The position numbers and the translations under genes were made by a program. From Planctomycetota bacterium (GTDB lineage: Bacteria; Planctomycetota; SZUA-567; H5-PLA8): a stretch of DNA of 64,000 nucleotides. Positions 48,283-57,562 of the stretch are shown piece by piece. A model generated the notes under the pieces. The model was not told the DNA's origin, made no database searches, and worked only from the letters and a program-made list of their open reading frames with translations. The stretch spans positions 96,001 to 160,000 of the forward strand of contig JBBRPR010000011.1 of NCBI GenBank assembly GCA_038227875.1, in the 5' to 3' direction. Within the stretch, counting starts at the first letter, position 1; every line of letters begins with the position of its first letter.

Positions 48283-48452
48283 GGGTGGGTGCGTAGCGAA
48301 CAAGAACCTCGTCGGCACGCTGGCGTCAACGAGCAAGGGTGCCGAGAAGACGGAAGGCCGGTTCGGCCTAATCGCTCTTCCGTGTTCTCGGGACCCAAAT
48401 TTGACTAAGCAGAGGCACGGCCGAAGTTCTTGTTCGTTCTGATCACCCATCC
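48283..48452. ncRNA. Candidate 6S-like rod-shaped RNA
   Basis: Nested stems 48283-91/48444-52, 48295-307/48426-38 and 48337-56/48377-96 around an internal bubble of about 21 nt per side; 170 nt; strand unresolved. Confidence 0.5.
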
Positions 48453-48591
48453 GATTTCTTCGAAATCGGATGGGCTACCCTCGCGGGTAAATCAGGCACA
48501 TAAATCGAAGTCACTCCGACTAAATTGTACTGAGTCACGCGGCAAGTTTGACAACTGTTCAAAAAACTACGGTCGGTTCTGCTGAATTAGC

Positions 48592-48620
48592 TTGACCGCC
48601 AGCAAAGCAAGGGCTACTCT
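48592..48620 (+). promoter_or_regulatory. Sigma70 promoter for ffs-dnaX
   Basis: TTGACC, 17 nt, TACTCT. Confidence 0.65.
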
Positions 48621-48676
48621 TTTGGCATACGGAGTGCGTAAGCAGCAGGATCAGTTTGGCAACATCGGAGGCGTCG

Positions 48677-48799
48677 GGAGTTTCGATCCGGAGCCAGGCC
48701 CCATGATATGAGGGGGGACGAACCTGGTCAGGGCGAAAGCAGCAGCCATAAATCTTTCTACTCATGTTCGTGGGTCACCTGGCTCTGGTTTGAAACTCC
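48677..48799 (+). ncRNA. ffs: Signal recognition particle RNA (small type)
   Basis: GAACCTGGTCAGG-GC-GAAA-GC-AGCAGCC helix-8 motif within a long hairpin (GGAGCCAGG/CCTGGCTCT); directly upstream of dnaX. Confidence 0.88.
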
Positions 48800-48963
48800 T
48801 TACCCTCGCAAGTACATAGAAGTATTGAAGTAGCAACGACGGACCAGACGAAAACGCCCCTCAGCTTGCAGATGTGCAATGCGGACAGCCGCTTTGTTGG
48901 GTATGTTTTTGTCTTTTCGCTTAGTTCGGCAGTTTTGGCTGGTTTTGAGTTGATCGGAGCAGT

Positions 48964-51189
48964 ATGGCGGCGAAAAAGGCAGCGATTACCAAGGCTGAAA
49001 AAGGAGCCGAAAGGGGCGGCGGTACGGCGGAAGCCGAACCGGCAAAGACCAACGCACCTTATATAGTCTTCGCGCGGCGCTTCCGTCCGAATACCTTCGC
49101 CGAAGTTGCCGGCCAGACGGCCGTGACGAATGCGCTACGCCAGGCTCTGAAAACCGGACGATTGGCGCAGGCCTACCTTTTCTGCGGACCCCGCGGCGTC
49201 GGCAAAACCAGTCTCGCCCGCATCGTCGCCAAGTCGCTCAACTGCCTGAATGGCTCCGGCCCCGGCGGCATGGCCGAAGAGCCCTGCAACAGTTGCGACT
49301 CGTGCACCGAAATTCAAAACGGTCATTCGTTCGACGTGATCGAAATGGACGCCGCCACCAACCGTGGCATCGAAGAGATCCGTTCGCTGCGCGACAATGT
49401 CGGACTCGCGCCGGCCAAGTCGCGCTTCAAAGTCTACATCATCGACGAAGTTCATATGCTCACCAAGGAAGCATGGAACGCGTTCCTGAAGACGCTGGAA
49501 GAGCCGCCGCCGCACGTCAAATTCATCTTCGCCACCACCGATCCCAACAACGTTCCCGAAACGATCCTGAGCCGCTGTCAGCGCTACGACCTGCGCCGCA
49601 TCGGTCCGGCCGACATCATCAAGCGCTTGAAACAGATCTGCGAAATGGAGAGCGTCGAGTTCGAAGAAATGGCGCTCTCCCGCATCGCGTCGCTCTCCCG
49701 CGGAGGTCTGCGCGACGCCGAAGGTCTGCTCGACCAGGCCGTCAATCTCGGCTCGGGGAAAGTAACCGACACGGTCGTACGCGATCTTTCCGGCGCGGCG
49801 CCCGATGAGCTGGTCTTCGAGATGCTGAAAAGCTGCGCGCAGGGCAACACCGGCGACGTGCTGATCAAAACCCACACCGCGCTGGAAGCCGGCGCCGATC
49901 CCGACGACATGCTCGAATCGATGGTCGAACGCCTGCGCGCGACACTGCTGGCGAAAGTCTGCGGCCCCGATTCGCCGCTGCTGGAAGGCCAGCTCCATCT
50001 CAAAGCGCTGATGGTCGAACTCGGCGGGCTGCTGAGCGAAGATCAGATCCTGATGTTGATTCAACTGTTCACCGCCGCGCGCCGCCAGGCCCGCGACGCG
50101 GCGCAGGCGCGCTTGCCGCTGGAGATGGCGCTGATCCGCGCGTCCCGCGCCGGCGATCTGGTGGAACTGGGCAAGCTGGTGAAGGCGATGGAGTCGGGCG
50201 CGGCCATCGGAGGGTCTGCGCCCAAGCCGGGCGGCCCCGGTGGTTCGGCCAGTCCGCCCGCGCGGGAGGCCCCCCGCCCAAATTCGGAAGGCCGCTCGGC
50301 GGGCGATAACACTGCCCGTCCGGCGGCCGCATCGATCTCCGCCCCGGCGCCACGTCAGAGCGCCCCGGCTGCTCAAAATCCGTTACCGGTTGAAGGCGAC
50401 GCGTGGGCCCAGGTGCTGATCAGTATGAAGAATCTGAAAGGAGGAGCCTTCCTGCACGGCGCATTGACTCACGCGCGGACCGTGCGGTTGAACGCGCCCA
50501 ACGGCACGCTGCAACTCGGCTTCACCTCCGATCAGTTGCTCTACAGCGACGCGCTGGACAAACCGCACAACCGCGCCGCGCTGCAGAACGTCTGCAAGGA
50601 ACTCTTTGGCCGCGAGTTTGAAACGACCGTGTCGCGCGTCAACGACGTGGCGGAAGTACGCGAAATCAACGCGCCGAATTTTTCCGCGCGCGTGACCATC
50701 GCCAAACCGGTTGCGCCGCCGCCTCCCCCGCCCTCTCCGGCTGCTCCAGCAAGGCCGCAAGCCTTTCAGCACAAGACCGCGCCGAGCGAAGCCGACGCGG
50801 AGAACATCAACATCGAAGATTCGAACGGCGGCGAAGCGGACGTCGAATTCGATGAACCCGGCGCGTTGCCACTGCCGGCGACGCAGGCCTCGAGCGACGA
50901 AGACGTCGGCCCCGCGGATCACGGCGACGCCGACGACGGAGACGTTCCCAGCACGCGGCCGGTTCCGGTCCCTCCAGTTCCGCCGGTGGCGATGAGTTCC
51001 GCGGCCCGCGAGGCGGCCGGACGCGCAGCGCGCGCCGCCACCGATCCGACGATGCTGAAGTCTGTCGCGGAACATCCGCTGGTTCAGTTGATCTTGAAAG
51101 AAACGGGCGGCACGGTCATGAACGTGAACCGCACGGCACCGAAGTCCGAGAAGCAGAAGGCAAAGCAGTCCGAAAAGAAGCCCGAATAG
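48964..51189 (+). CDS. dnaX: DNA polymerase III subunit tau/gamma
   Basis: GPRGVGKTS, Zn-binding Cys, IIDEVHML, LKTLEEPP, TILSRCQ. Confidence 0.97.
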   Translation: MAAKKAAITKAEKGAERGGGTAEAEPAKTNAPYIVFARRFRPNTFAEVAGQTAVTNALRQALKTGRLAQAYLFCGPRGVGKTSLARIVAKSLNCLNGSGPGGMAEEPCNSCDSCTEIQNGHSFDVIEMDAATNRGIEEIRSLRDNVGLAPAKSRFKVYIIDEVHMLTKEAWNAFLKTLEEPPPHVKFIFATTDPNNVPETILSRCQRYDLRRIGPADIIKRLKQICEMESVEFEEMALSRIASLSRGGLRDAEGLLDQAVNLGSGKVTDTVVRDLSGAAPDELVFEMLKSCAQGNTGDVLIKTHTALEAGADPDDMLESMVERLRATLLAKVCGPDSPLLEGQLHLKALMVELGGLLSEDQILMLIQLFTAARRQARDAAQARLPLEMALIRASRAGDLVELGKLVKAMESGAAIGGSAPKPGGPGGSASPPAREAPRPNSEGRSAGDNTARPAAASISAPAPRQSAPAAQNPLPVEGDAWAQVLISMKNLKGGAFLHGALTHARTVRLNAPNGTLQLGFTSDQLLYSDALDKPHNRAALQNVCKELFGREFETTVSRVNDVAEVREINAPNFSARVTIAKPVAPPPPPPSPAAPARPQAFQHKTAPSEADAENINIEDSNGGEADVEFDEPGALPLPATQASSDEDVGPADHGDADDGDVPSTRPVPVPPVPPVAMSSAAREAAGRAARAATDPTMLKSVAEHPLVQLILKETGGTVMNVNRTAPKSEKQKAKQSEKKPE
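50264..50328 (+). other. Putative -1 programmed ribosomal frameshift signal in dnaX
   Basis: Internal GGGAGG (50264-69), in-frame C_CCA_AAT (50277-83), 6-nt spacer, hairpin 50290-50328, -1 frame TAA at 50307-09. Confidence 0.65.
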
Positions 51190-51200
51190 GAGTACGCCCC

Positions 51201-51530
51201 ATGTTCGATGGCCTAAAAGGCATGTCCGATGTGATGAAGTTGATGGGCCAGGCTGGCAAGATGAAAGAAAACATGGCCCAGGCGCAGGAACGCGCGCGCA
51301 ACCGCATGGCCGTCGGCGAAGCGGCGGCGGGACTGATCAAGGTGACGGCCAACGGCATCGGCGAGATCATCGCCGTGCGGGTCGATCCGGAAGCGCTGAA
51401 AGATCCGGAATTGCTGGGACCGCTGGTCGTCGCGGCGACGAATGCGGCGCTGAACAAGGGCAAGGAAGTGCTGGCGGAAGAAATGCGCACAGCGATGAAG
51501 GGCATCGATCTACCACCAGGACTGATGTAA
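51201..51530 (+). CDS. ybaB: YbaB/EbfC nucleoid-associated protein
   Basis: GEAAAGLIKVTANG, LVVAATNAAL; lies between dnaX and recR. Confidence 0.93.
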   Translation: MFDGLKGMSDVMKLMGQAGKMKENMAQAQERARNRMAVGEAAAGLIKVTANGIGEIIAVRVDPEALKDPELLGPLVVAATNAALNKGKEVLAEEMRTAMKGIDLPPGLM

Positions 51531-51532
51531 AC

Positions 51533-52168
51533 GTGGCCAAAAGTGCGCAGCGGACAATCGACGCCGGACCTCCCGCCGACAGTTTCGAGCGGCTGATCCG
51601 GGAAATGGAAAAGCTGCCCGGCATCGGCCGGCGCTCGGCGGAACGCATGGCGTATCACGTGCTCGGGGCGAGCAAGGACGAAGCGATGGCGCTGGCGTAC
51701 GCGATCCGCGATGTGAAGCGCAACCTGCATCCCTGCGCCATCTGCGGAGACCTGACCGAAGGCGCGCAGTGCGCCATCTGCGGCGACGCGCGCCGCGATG
51801 GCAGCCTGATCTGCGTGGTCGAGTGGCCGCGGGACGTTCGCGCGATCGAGAAGTCCGGCGAATTCAAAGGCCGCTTCCACGTGCTGATGGGCCGGCTCTC
51901 ACCGCTCAGCGGTGTGGGGCCCGACGACCTGCGCATCGGATTGCTGCTCGAGCGAATCAAGCGCGGCGGCGTGACGGAATTGCTGCTGGCGACGAGTCCT
52001 TCGGTGGAAGGCGACGCCACGGCGGCGTTTCTCGCGCAGCAGGTGAAGGCTGCGGACGCCCATGTCCGCACTACGCGCCTGGCGCGCGGCGTGCCGGAAG
52101 GCAGTGAATTGAGTTTTGCGCAGAGCGGCACGATTGGTGAAGCGCTGCGCGGTAGACGGGACGTGTAA
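51533..52168 (+). CDS. recR: Recombination mediator RecR
   Basis: LPGIGRRSAER, C4 zinc finger, ICVVE, EGDATA. Confidence 0.96.
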   Translation: MAKSAQRTIDAGPPADSFERLIREMEKLPGIGRRSAERMAYHVLGASKDEAMALAYAIRDVKRNLHPCAICGDLTEGAQCAICGDARRDGSLICVVEWPRDVRAIEKSGEFKGRFHVLMGRLSPLSGVGPDDLRIGLLLERIKRGGVTELLLATSPSVEGDATAAFLAQQVKAADAHVRTTRLARGVPEGSELSFAQSGTIGEALRGRRDV

Positions 52169-52232
52169 GTCCGACGTTTGACGTTCAGGTGTTGTGCTGT
52201 GTCAGTGGTCAATAGGCGAAGCGAGGTGTTGC

Positions 52233-53714
52233 ATGCAGATCTCACAGAACTTCTCACAACGGATGGAACAGAAGCTGGTCATGACCCGGCAGATGATCCA
52301 GTCGATCGAGATGCTGCAGTTGCCGTTGATGGACCTGATGCAGAACATCAATCAGGAATTGGTCGCCAACCCGTGGCTGGAACAGCGCGACGGCGAAGTG
52401 ACCACCGAAGCGCCCGAGCTTGGCCCCAAGGAACAGGCCGAAGCCGACCGCAAACAGAAGGAAGCGACCAGCGAGACAGATGCACGCGTCAAGCGCCTGG
52501 AAAGCCTGATGCGCGAATGGAACGACCCGAACACGCGTTCCAGCAGCGGCATGGTCCGGCGCGGCGGCGAAGACGACGCGAAGATGGAAGCGATGCAGAA
52601 CACCGCCGCGCCCTCCACGTCACTCGAAGAACATCTATTGCAGCAGCTCCACCTCAGCCGCGAAGAACCGCGCTTGAAGGAACTGGCGGAAGTGATCGTC
52701 GGTTCGCTGGACGTCGACGGCTACCTGAAAGTGCCGCTGATGGATCTCTTCTACAAAACGTCCGACGGCATCCGCCAGGAACTGGTCCCCGGCGGCGCGA
52801 CGGAAGAAGAGGCGGAGTTCAGCCTTGAACTCGTCCAGAGTTTCGATCCCGCCGGCGTCGGCGCGCGCAACATGCAGGAGTGCCTGATTCTGCAGCTCCG
52901 CCGCCTGACGGAAGACACGGAGTTCGAAGAGCAGCTCATCGAGAAACACATGGACGACCTCGGCCACAACCGCCTGCCGAAGATCGCCAAGGACATGGGC
53001 GTGAGCGTTGACCGCATCAAGGAAGGTCTCGCGCACATCGCCCATTTGAATCCCAAGCCCGGCCGCGGCTTCGGCGGCACGCGCCCGCAGTACGTCGTGC
53101 CCGACGTTCATGTCGAAGAGATCGACAACCAGTTCGTGATCCGCATCAACGAGCACTTCCTCCCGACGCTGCGCATCTCCGGCGATTCGCTGCAGCTGCT
53201 CAAGAAAGAAGCGAAGGACGCGGCGGTGCGCGATTACATCATGGGCAAGCTGGGTTCGGCGGTGTGGCTGATGGAATCGGTGATCCAGCGCCGCAATACG
53301 CTCTACCGCATCACGCAGCAGATCGTCGACATTCAGAAGGACTTTTTCGAACACGGCCCGTCGCATCTGAAGCCGCTGATGATGCAGGAAGTCGCGGAGC
53401 GCATCGGCATGCACGTGTCGACGGTCTCGCGCGCGCTGGCCGGGAAGTACATCCAGACGCCGCAGGGACTGTTCCCGATGAAGTACTTCTTCACGGGCGG
53501 ATTCTCGACGCAGGACGGTGAAGCCGAATCGAATCGTGCGATCATGCTCAAGATCCAGGAGATGGTGAAAGGCGAAGACAAACACAATCCACTGAGCGAC
53601 CAGGAAATCGTCGCTCGGCTGCAGTCCGACGGCGTGGACATCGCGCGCCGCACGGTGGCGAAGTACCGCGAGAAGCTGAATATTCCGAGCAGCCGGCAGC
53701 GGAAGGAATACTGA
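52233..53714 (+). CDS. rpoN: RNA polymerase sigma-54 factor
   Basis: Q/L-rich region I, DPAGVGAR, HVSTVSR, RpoN box ARRTVAKYRE; GAGGTG SD. Confidence 0.97.
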   Translation: MQISQNFSQRMEQKLVMTRQMIQSIEMLQLPLMDLMQNINQELVANPWLEQRDGEVTTEAPELGPKEQAEADRKQKEATSETDARVKRLESLMREWNDPNTRSSSGMVRRGGEDDAKMEAMQNTAAPSTSLEEHLLQQLHLSREEPRLKELAEVIVGSLDVDGYLKVPLMDLFYKTSDGIRQELVPGGATEEEAEFSLELVQSFDPAGVGARNMQECLILQLRRLTEDTEFEEQLIEKHMDDLGHNRLPKIAKDMGVSVDRIKEGLAHIAHLNPKPGRGFGGTRPQYVVPDVHVEEIDNQFVIRINEHFLPTLRISGDSLQLLKKEAKDAAVRDYIMGKLGSAVWLMESVIQRRNTLYRITQQIVDIQKDFFEHGPSHLKPLMMQEVAERIGMHVSTVSRALAGKYIQTPQGLFPMKYFFTGGFSTQDGEAESNRAIMLKIQEMVKGEDKHNPLSDQEIVARLQSDGVDIARRTVAKYREKLNIPSSRQRKEY

Positions 53715-53728
53715 GCGACGTCTCCGTC

Positions 53729-53763
53729 AGTTTTGAGTTTTTAGTTTTGAGTTTTGAATTTAT
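53729..53763. repeat. Heptamer array AGTTTT(G/T) x4 after rpoN
   Basis: AGTTTTG AGTTTTT AGTTTTG AGTTTTG AATTTAT. Confidence 0.8.
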
Positions 53764-53814
53764 ACTGCCGCGGCAGTTCGATGCTCATTTCCCTACGGCA
53801 GGTACGTTTTTCAG

Positions 53815-54687
53815 ATGTCCGAAATCTCACCAGAAATCAAATGCGAACGCTGTTCCCGTTCGCTCCACGCTGAACGGCCCGTGCGGCTTCCCGATACTCA
53901 CATCTACTGCGCGGCGTGCTGTGAGAGCATGGCGGCGGCGGATTTTGAGATGGAGACGGGCGAACTTTTCACGCGCTGGATTGAGAAGCACCCCGAATTG
54001 GTGATGAAGTATCAGCCGCTGGAACTGACCGTGCGGCGCTTTGGGTTTTTCTTTCCGATGGTGCTGGCGCTGCTGGGCCTGGCGCTGATCGGTTACGGCA
54101 TCGTGCAGAGCATTCGACAGGAGGTTCCGGCGCTCTTTCTTGCGGCCGGATTGCTCGTACCCATCGGCGTCGGGCTGCTCTGGTACGCCTTCGAGCAGGA
54201 TTGGCTGAAGAAGGTGCTGCCGCTGAAGATTCTCGGCTTCCTCTTCATCGCGGCGATTCCCGTGTACGGCTTCATGGGATGCATGAAGTTCGGATTTGCG
54301 TTCGGATATATCGTTCTGGGCGCGGTGGTGATGGCGTTTTTCGCTCTGCTGGCGGTCAACGGCCTGCAGGCCTATCTGCGCGCGTTGAATTTCAAGCTCT
54401 CGCTCAAGGAAGGCATATTTTATCTCCAGCATGGCTCGCGTTCGGAGACCTTCTCCGCCGACGAGGTCACGAAAGCCTGCATCGTCCGTCCCGGCACTGT
54501 AGGCGCGACCGAAGGAGCGCTGGAACTGCGCGATGGCCGCATGCTGACGCTGGATACGTGCCTCTCCGACCTGCATGCGCTGGGCGTGGTGATGGATCTG
54601 CGATTCCGCCAGGAATTTCCGCCGAGTGCCGACGATCTGGCGCGGATCCGGCGCGAGAATCTCCGCAAGATACGCGGCTTGAGTTAG
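53815..54687 (+). CDS. Membrane protein with N-terminal Cys4 zinc finger
   Basis: CERC...CAAC, about four TM helices. Confidence 0.7.
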   Translation: MSEISPEIKCERCSRSLHAERPVRLPDTHIYCAACCESMAAADFEMETGELFTRWIEKHPELVMKYQPLELTVRRFGFFFPMVLALLGLALIGYGIVQSIRQEVPALFLAAGLLVPIGVGLLWYAFEQDWLKKVLPLKILGFLFIAAIPVYGFMGCMKFGFAFGYIVLGAVVMAFFALLAVNGLQAYLRALNFKLSLKEGIFYLQHGSRSETFSADEVTKACIVRPGTVGATEGALELRDGRMLTLDTCLSDLHALGVVMDLRFRQEFPPSADDLARIRRENLRKIRGLS

Positions 54688-55091
54688 GGCATTTAGATCG
54701 ATTTGAATAATTCGGTGATGAACGTTGCGTCTGGAATTCGGTCTTTGCTCGTCTGAATATCGATGGATTTCATGTCGGCTTATTCATTTCAATCTACCAC
54801 GCGAAACCGGCGTGGGCGCCGGAATTATTTTCTCCATTTTCTCTTTCGCGCCTTAACACCTTGAGCTCTCTCATTTAGCGACGCGAAACTTTCTTCTCAA
54901 TTCCGTTTAAAGCGGACGGCTGTGAAATTGCATGGTTTCCTATTGGTGTGAATGGGGTTTTTCGCCTGTGGAGGCTTAAAGCTATGAATCGCACACTATT
55001 CAAAAGCGGGATTTTCGATCCGAGCGAACACAACACAGTTACGCCGATGATGTCCATGGCGCATCTGAATGACAAACCGGAGGACTTTCAA

Positions 55092-55856
55092 ATGGAACGT
55101 CACTTTAGCGTTGGACTCTTCGATACCCTGTCCCAAGCCCAGAACGCCGTCACCGACGCAGTGACCCACGGCGTGGAAAAGCGCGATATCACCGTGGCGG
55201 TTTCCGATGATATTCCGGAAGCAACCCGGGCCATCTGGAACGATATCAACGTAATCCATCCCGGTGCCGATTCACTCCGCGGCTACGTCGCCGGCGGCAT
55301 TGGCGGCGCGGTGGGCGCGTTTGCCGGTTCGTTAAGCATGTTTTTTCTGGGCCAATCGGCCGTGCTGCCGCAAATGCCCGGCGCGGCGCTGGGGATTGGA
55401 GCGCTGTTCGGTGCGCTGGTCGGCGCAGGCCTGGGCGCGGGAGTGGCCCGCATGTGGCCCAGTATCATGTCGGAACTGATGCATCGCCCGCTGTCTGAAG
55501 CGGCGATGAATCAGCTCGGCACTTATTCCGATAACAACCGTTCGATGGCAGCCGGAATGCTCGGCGGCCTGTTCGGCTCGGTGGCGGGAATCCTGGCGAG
55601 CTATCTTGTCGGCATTCAGGACATGTACTTCTTCGTCGGAATGGGTTTCTTTGCCGGAGCTTCGGCGACGGTGGTGGGCAGTCTCGTCGGCGGCATGAGC
55701 GGACGGGGTCTTTCATCCAAGGCGCTGGGCAATACGGAACAACTGGCGGACGCCGGGCATTCGGTGCTGGTCTCCATCAATTGCGCCGACACCAGGCGCT
55801 CGGAAATTGAAGCCATGCTGCTCAACGACGGCGCCAAGCTGGTGCGCGACGCGTAA
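55092..55856 (+). CDS. Glycine-zipper membrane protein (general-stress-like)
   Basis: VGLFDT...A, G-rich hydrophobic repeats; GGAGG SD; alternative start at 54984. Confidence 0.7.
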   Translation: MERHFSVGLFDTLSQAQNAVTDAVTHGVEKRDITVAVSDDIPEATRAIWNDINVIHPGADSLRGYVAGGIGGAVGAFAGSLSMFFLGQSAVLPQMPGAALGIGALFGALVGAGLGAGVARMWPSIMSELMHRPLSEAAMNQLGTYSDNNRSMAAGMLGGLFGSVAGILASYLVGIQDMYFFVGMGFFAGASATVVGSLVGGMSGRGLSSKALGNTEQLADAGHSVLVSINCADTRRSEIEAMLLNDGAKLVRDA

Positions 55857-55900
55857 ATCAACACGGGGGGAATCCAAGCCTTTCATTGAGGAGAATGAAC

Positions 55901-56335
55901 ATGGACCTGCTGAATGTAGCGCGCGTGCCGCCGGTAATGGCCGCGCCCACGATGACCATCGCCGAAGCCCTGAAGCGCATGGTAACGTTCAATGTCGGTG
56001 CCGTCGTGGTCGTCGACAACGAGCGGCGCATCATCGGCATCTTCAGTGAACGGGACGTCGTCCGCCGCGTCGCGATCAAGCATCTGGACGTTGAAAGCAC
56101 GCCGATCTCTCACGTGATGTCTTTAAACGTGGAGACGGCGACGCCCGAAACAACGATTGAGGAGGCGCTGACACGGATGATCCGCGGCCACTTCCGGCAC
56201 CTGCCGATCGTGGACACGCTCAACCGCGTGATCGGGATCGTCTCCGTGCGCTACCTGCTGATGCGGCAACTCGGAGAGAATCGGTTGATGCGACGGATCA
56301 TGGAATCGGAATTGGAACTGGCGGAAATGGTTTAA
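55901..56335 (+). CDS. CBS-domain protein
   Basis: VGAVVVV...GIFSERDV; FRHLPIV...GIVS. Confidence 0.9.
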   Translation: MDLLNVARVPPVMAAPTMTIAEALKRMVTFNVGAVVVVDNERRIIGIFSERDVVRRVAIKHLDVESTPISHVMSLNVETATPETTIEEALTRMIRGHFRHLPIVDTLNRVIGIVSVRYLLMRQLGENRLMRRIMESELELAEMV

Positions 56336-57532
56336 CTAAAACGGGTAGAACGAAACCACATCGCCCGCTTTCAATTCCGTATCCACGCGCTGCACAAACA
56401 AACCATCTGCTCCGGCTAACGCGGCCAAATGACCGGAGCCGTGCCATTCCAGCGGCGCGACGGCGGCCAGACCATCCTTGGTCGTCAGTTTGCAAGGCCG
56501 GAAGGTCGGGCGGTCGCCACTGGCTTTTAGGTCCGCGGCGATCGGCAACGGAATCCAACGCGGCAACGGATCGGCAGCGCCCATGCGTTGTCGTAGCGCG
56601 GTCATGACGAAGAGATGAAAGCAGACCAGCGCCGCGACGGGATTGCCGGGCAGGCCAAATACAATCCGGTCGCCGCGCACGCCGAAGGTCGTGGGCTTGC
56701 CGGGTTTCACGGCGATCTTGTCGAAGCGAATGTCGACGCCCAATTCCGTCAACGACGCGCCGACGTGATCGTGAGCGCCAACACTCACGCCGCCGGTTGA
56801 GATCAGTACGTCCGATTCCAAACCCGTTTCGATCAACTTGCGTGTCTGCTCGCGTTCGTCGCGCGCAACGCCGAGGTATTTCGCAGCGAAGTGATTGGCG
56901 GCGCACTGCGTCAGCAATTGGTAGCTGTTGGAATTGCGGATCTGCGCCGCGCCGGGTGTCTCGCTGGGTTCGACGAGTTCATTGCCGGTGCCCAGCACCG
57001 CGATCGTCGGCCTGCGGCGCACGGGAACCTGGGCACAGCCGACGGTCGCAAGAATTCCCACTTCGGCCGTGCCGATATACGCGCCCTTCGTCAGCACGGC
57101 CTGGCCCGTGCGCGCATCTTCGCCGCGCGGCGACACGTTCTGGCCGCTGCGCATCTTCATTTCGAAGCAGACATATCCGGGCCTCGGAATGGACGTGCGC
57201 TCCTGCATGATCACGGCGTCGGCTCCCGGCGGCAGCGGAGCTCCGGTCATGATGCGGATGGCTTGACCGGGCTTCAGCGGATTCGTGGCGCTGGCACCGG
57301 CGGCGACTGCTTCGATCACCTCCAGCACATCCGGCGCGCTGCGCGTGTCGCTGGCGAGAACCGCGTAACCGTCGACGGTGCAGCGGTCGAAGGGCGGCAG
57401 ATCGCGATCGGCCAGCACATCTTCCGCGAGGTAGTGACCGAGCGCTTCGGTCAGCGGGACGCGGACGATGGGGGCCTGCGGCGTGTGTTCGAGGATCAGC
57501 GCAAACGCGCGTTCGACGGGGATCAGAGCCAT
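56336..57532 (-). CDS. moeA: Molybdopterin molybdotransferase
   Basis: PPFDRCTVDGYA, IMTGA, TGGVSVG, KPGKP, GLPGNP. Confidence 0.96.
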   Translation of the reverse strand: MALIPVERAFALILEHTPQAPIVRVPLTEALGHYLAEDVLADRDLPPFDRCTVDGYAVLASDTRSAPDVLEVIEAVAAGASATNPLKPGQAIRIMTGAPLPPGADAVIMQERTSIPRPGYVCFEMKMRSGQNVSPRGEDARTGQAVLTKGAYIGTAEVGILATVGCAQVPVRRRPTIAVLGTGNELVEPSETPGAAQIRNSNSYQLLTQCAANHFAAKYLGVARDEREQTRKLIETGLESDVLISTGGVSVGAHDHVGASLTELGVDIRFDKIAVKPGKPTTFGVRGDRIVFGLPGNPVAALVCFHLFVMTALRQRMGAADPLPRWIPLPIAADLKASGDRPTFRPCKLTTKDGLAAVAPLEWHGSGHLAALAGADGLFVQRVDTELKAGDVVSFYPF

Positions 57533-57562
57533 GCCGGGGTTTTACTCGTAACGCAGCAGGAT

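Noticed and set aside
48622..48638. TGGCAT-N-GTGC sigma54-like site before ffs
   Set aside because: Weak -12 element, and a good sigma70 promoter (TTGACC-17-TACTCT) lies immediately upstream
54693..54773. 26-aa minus-strand ORF MKSIDIQTSKDRIPDATFITELFKSI
   Set aside because: No SD and no other support
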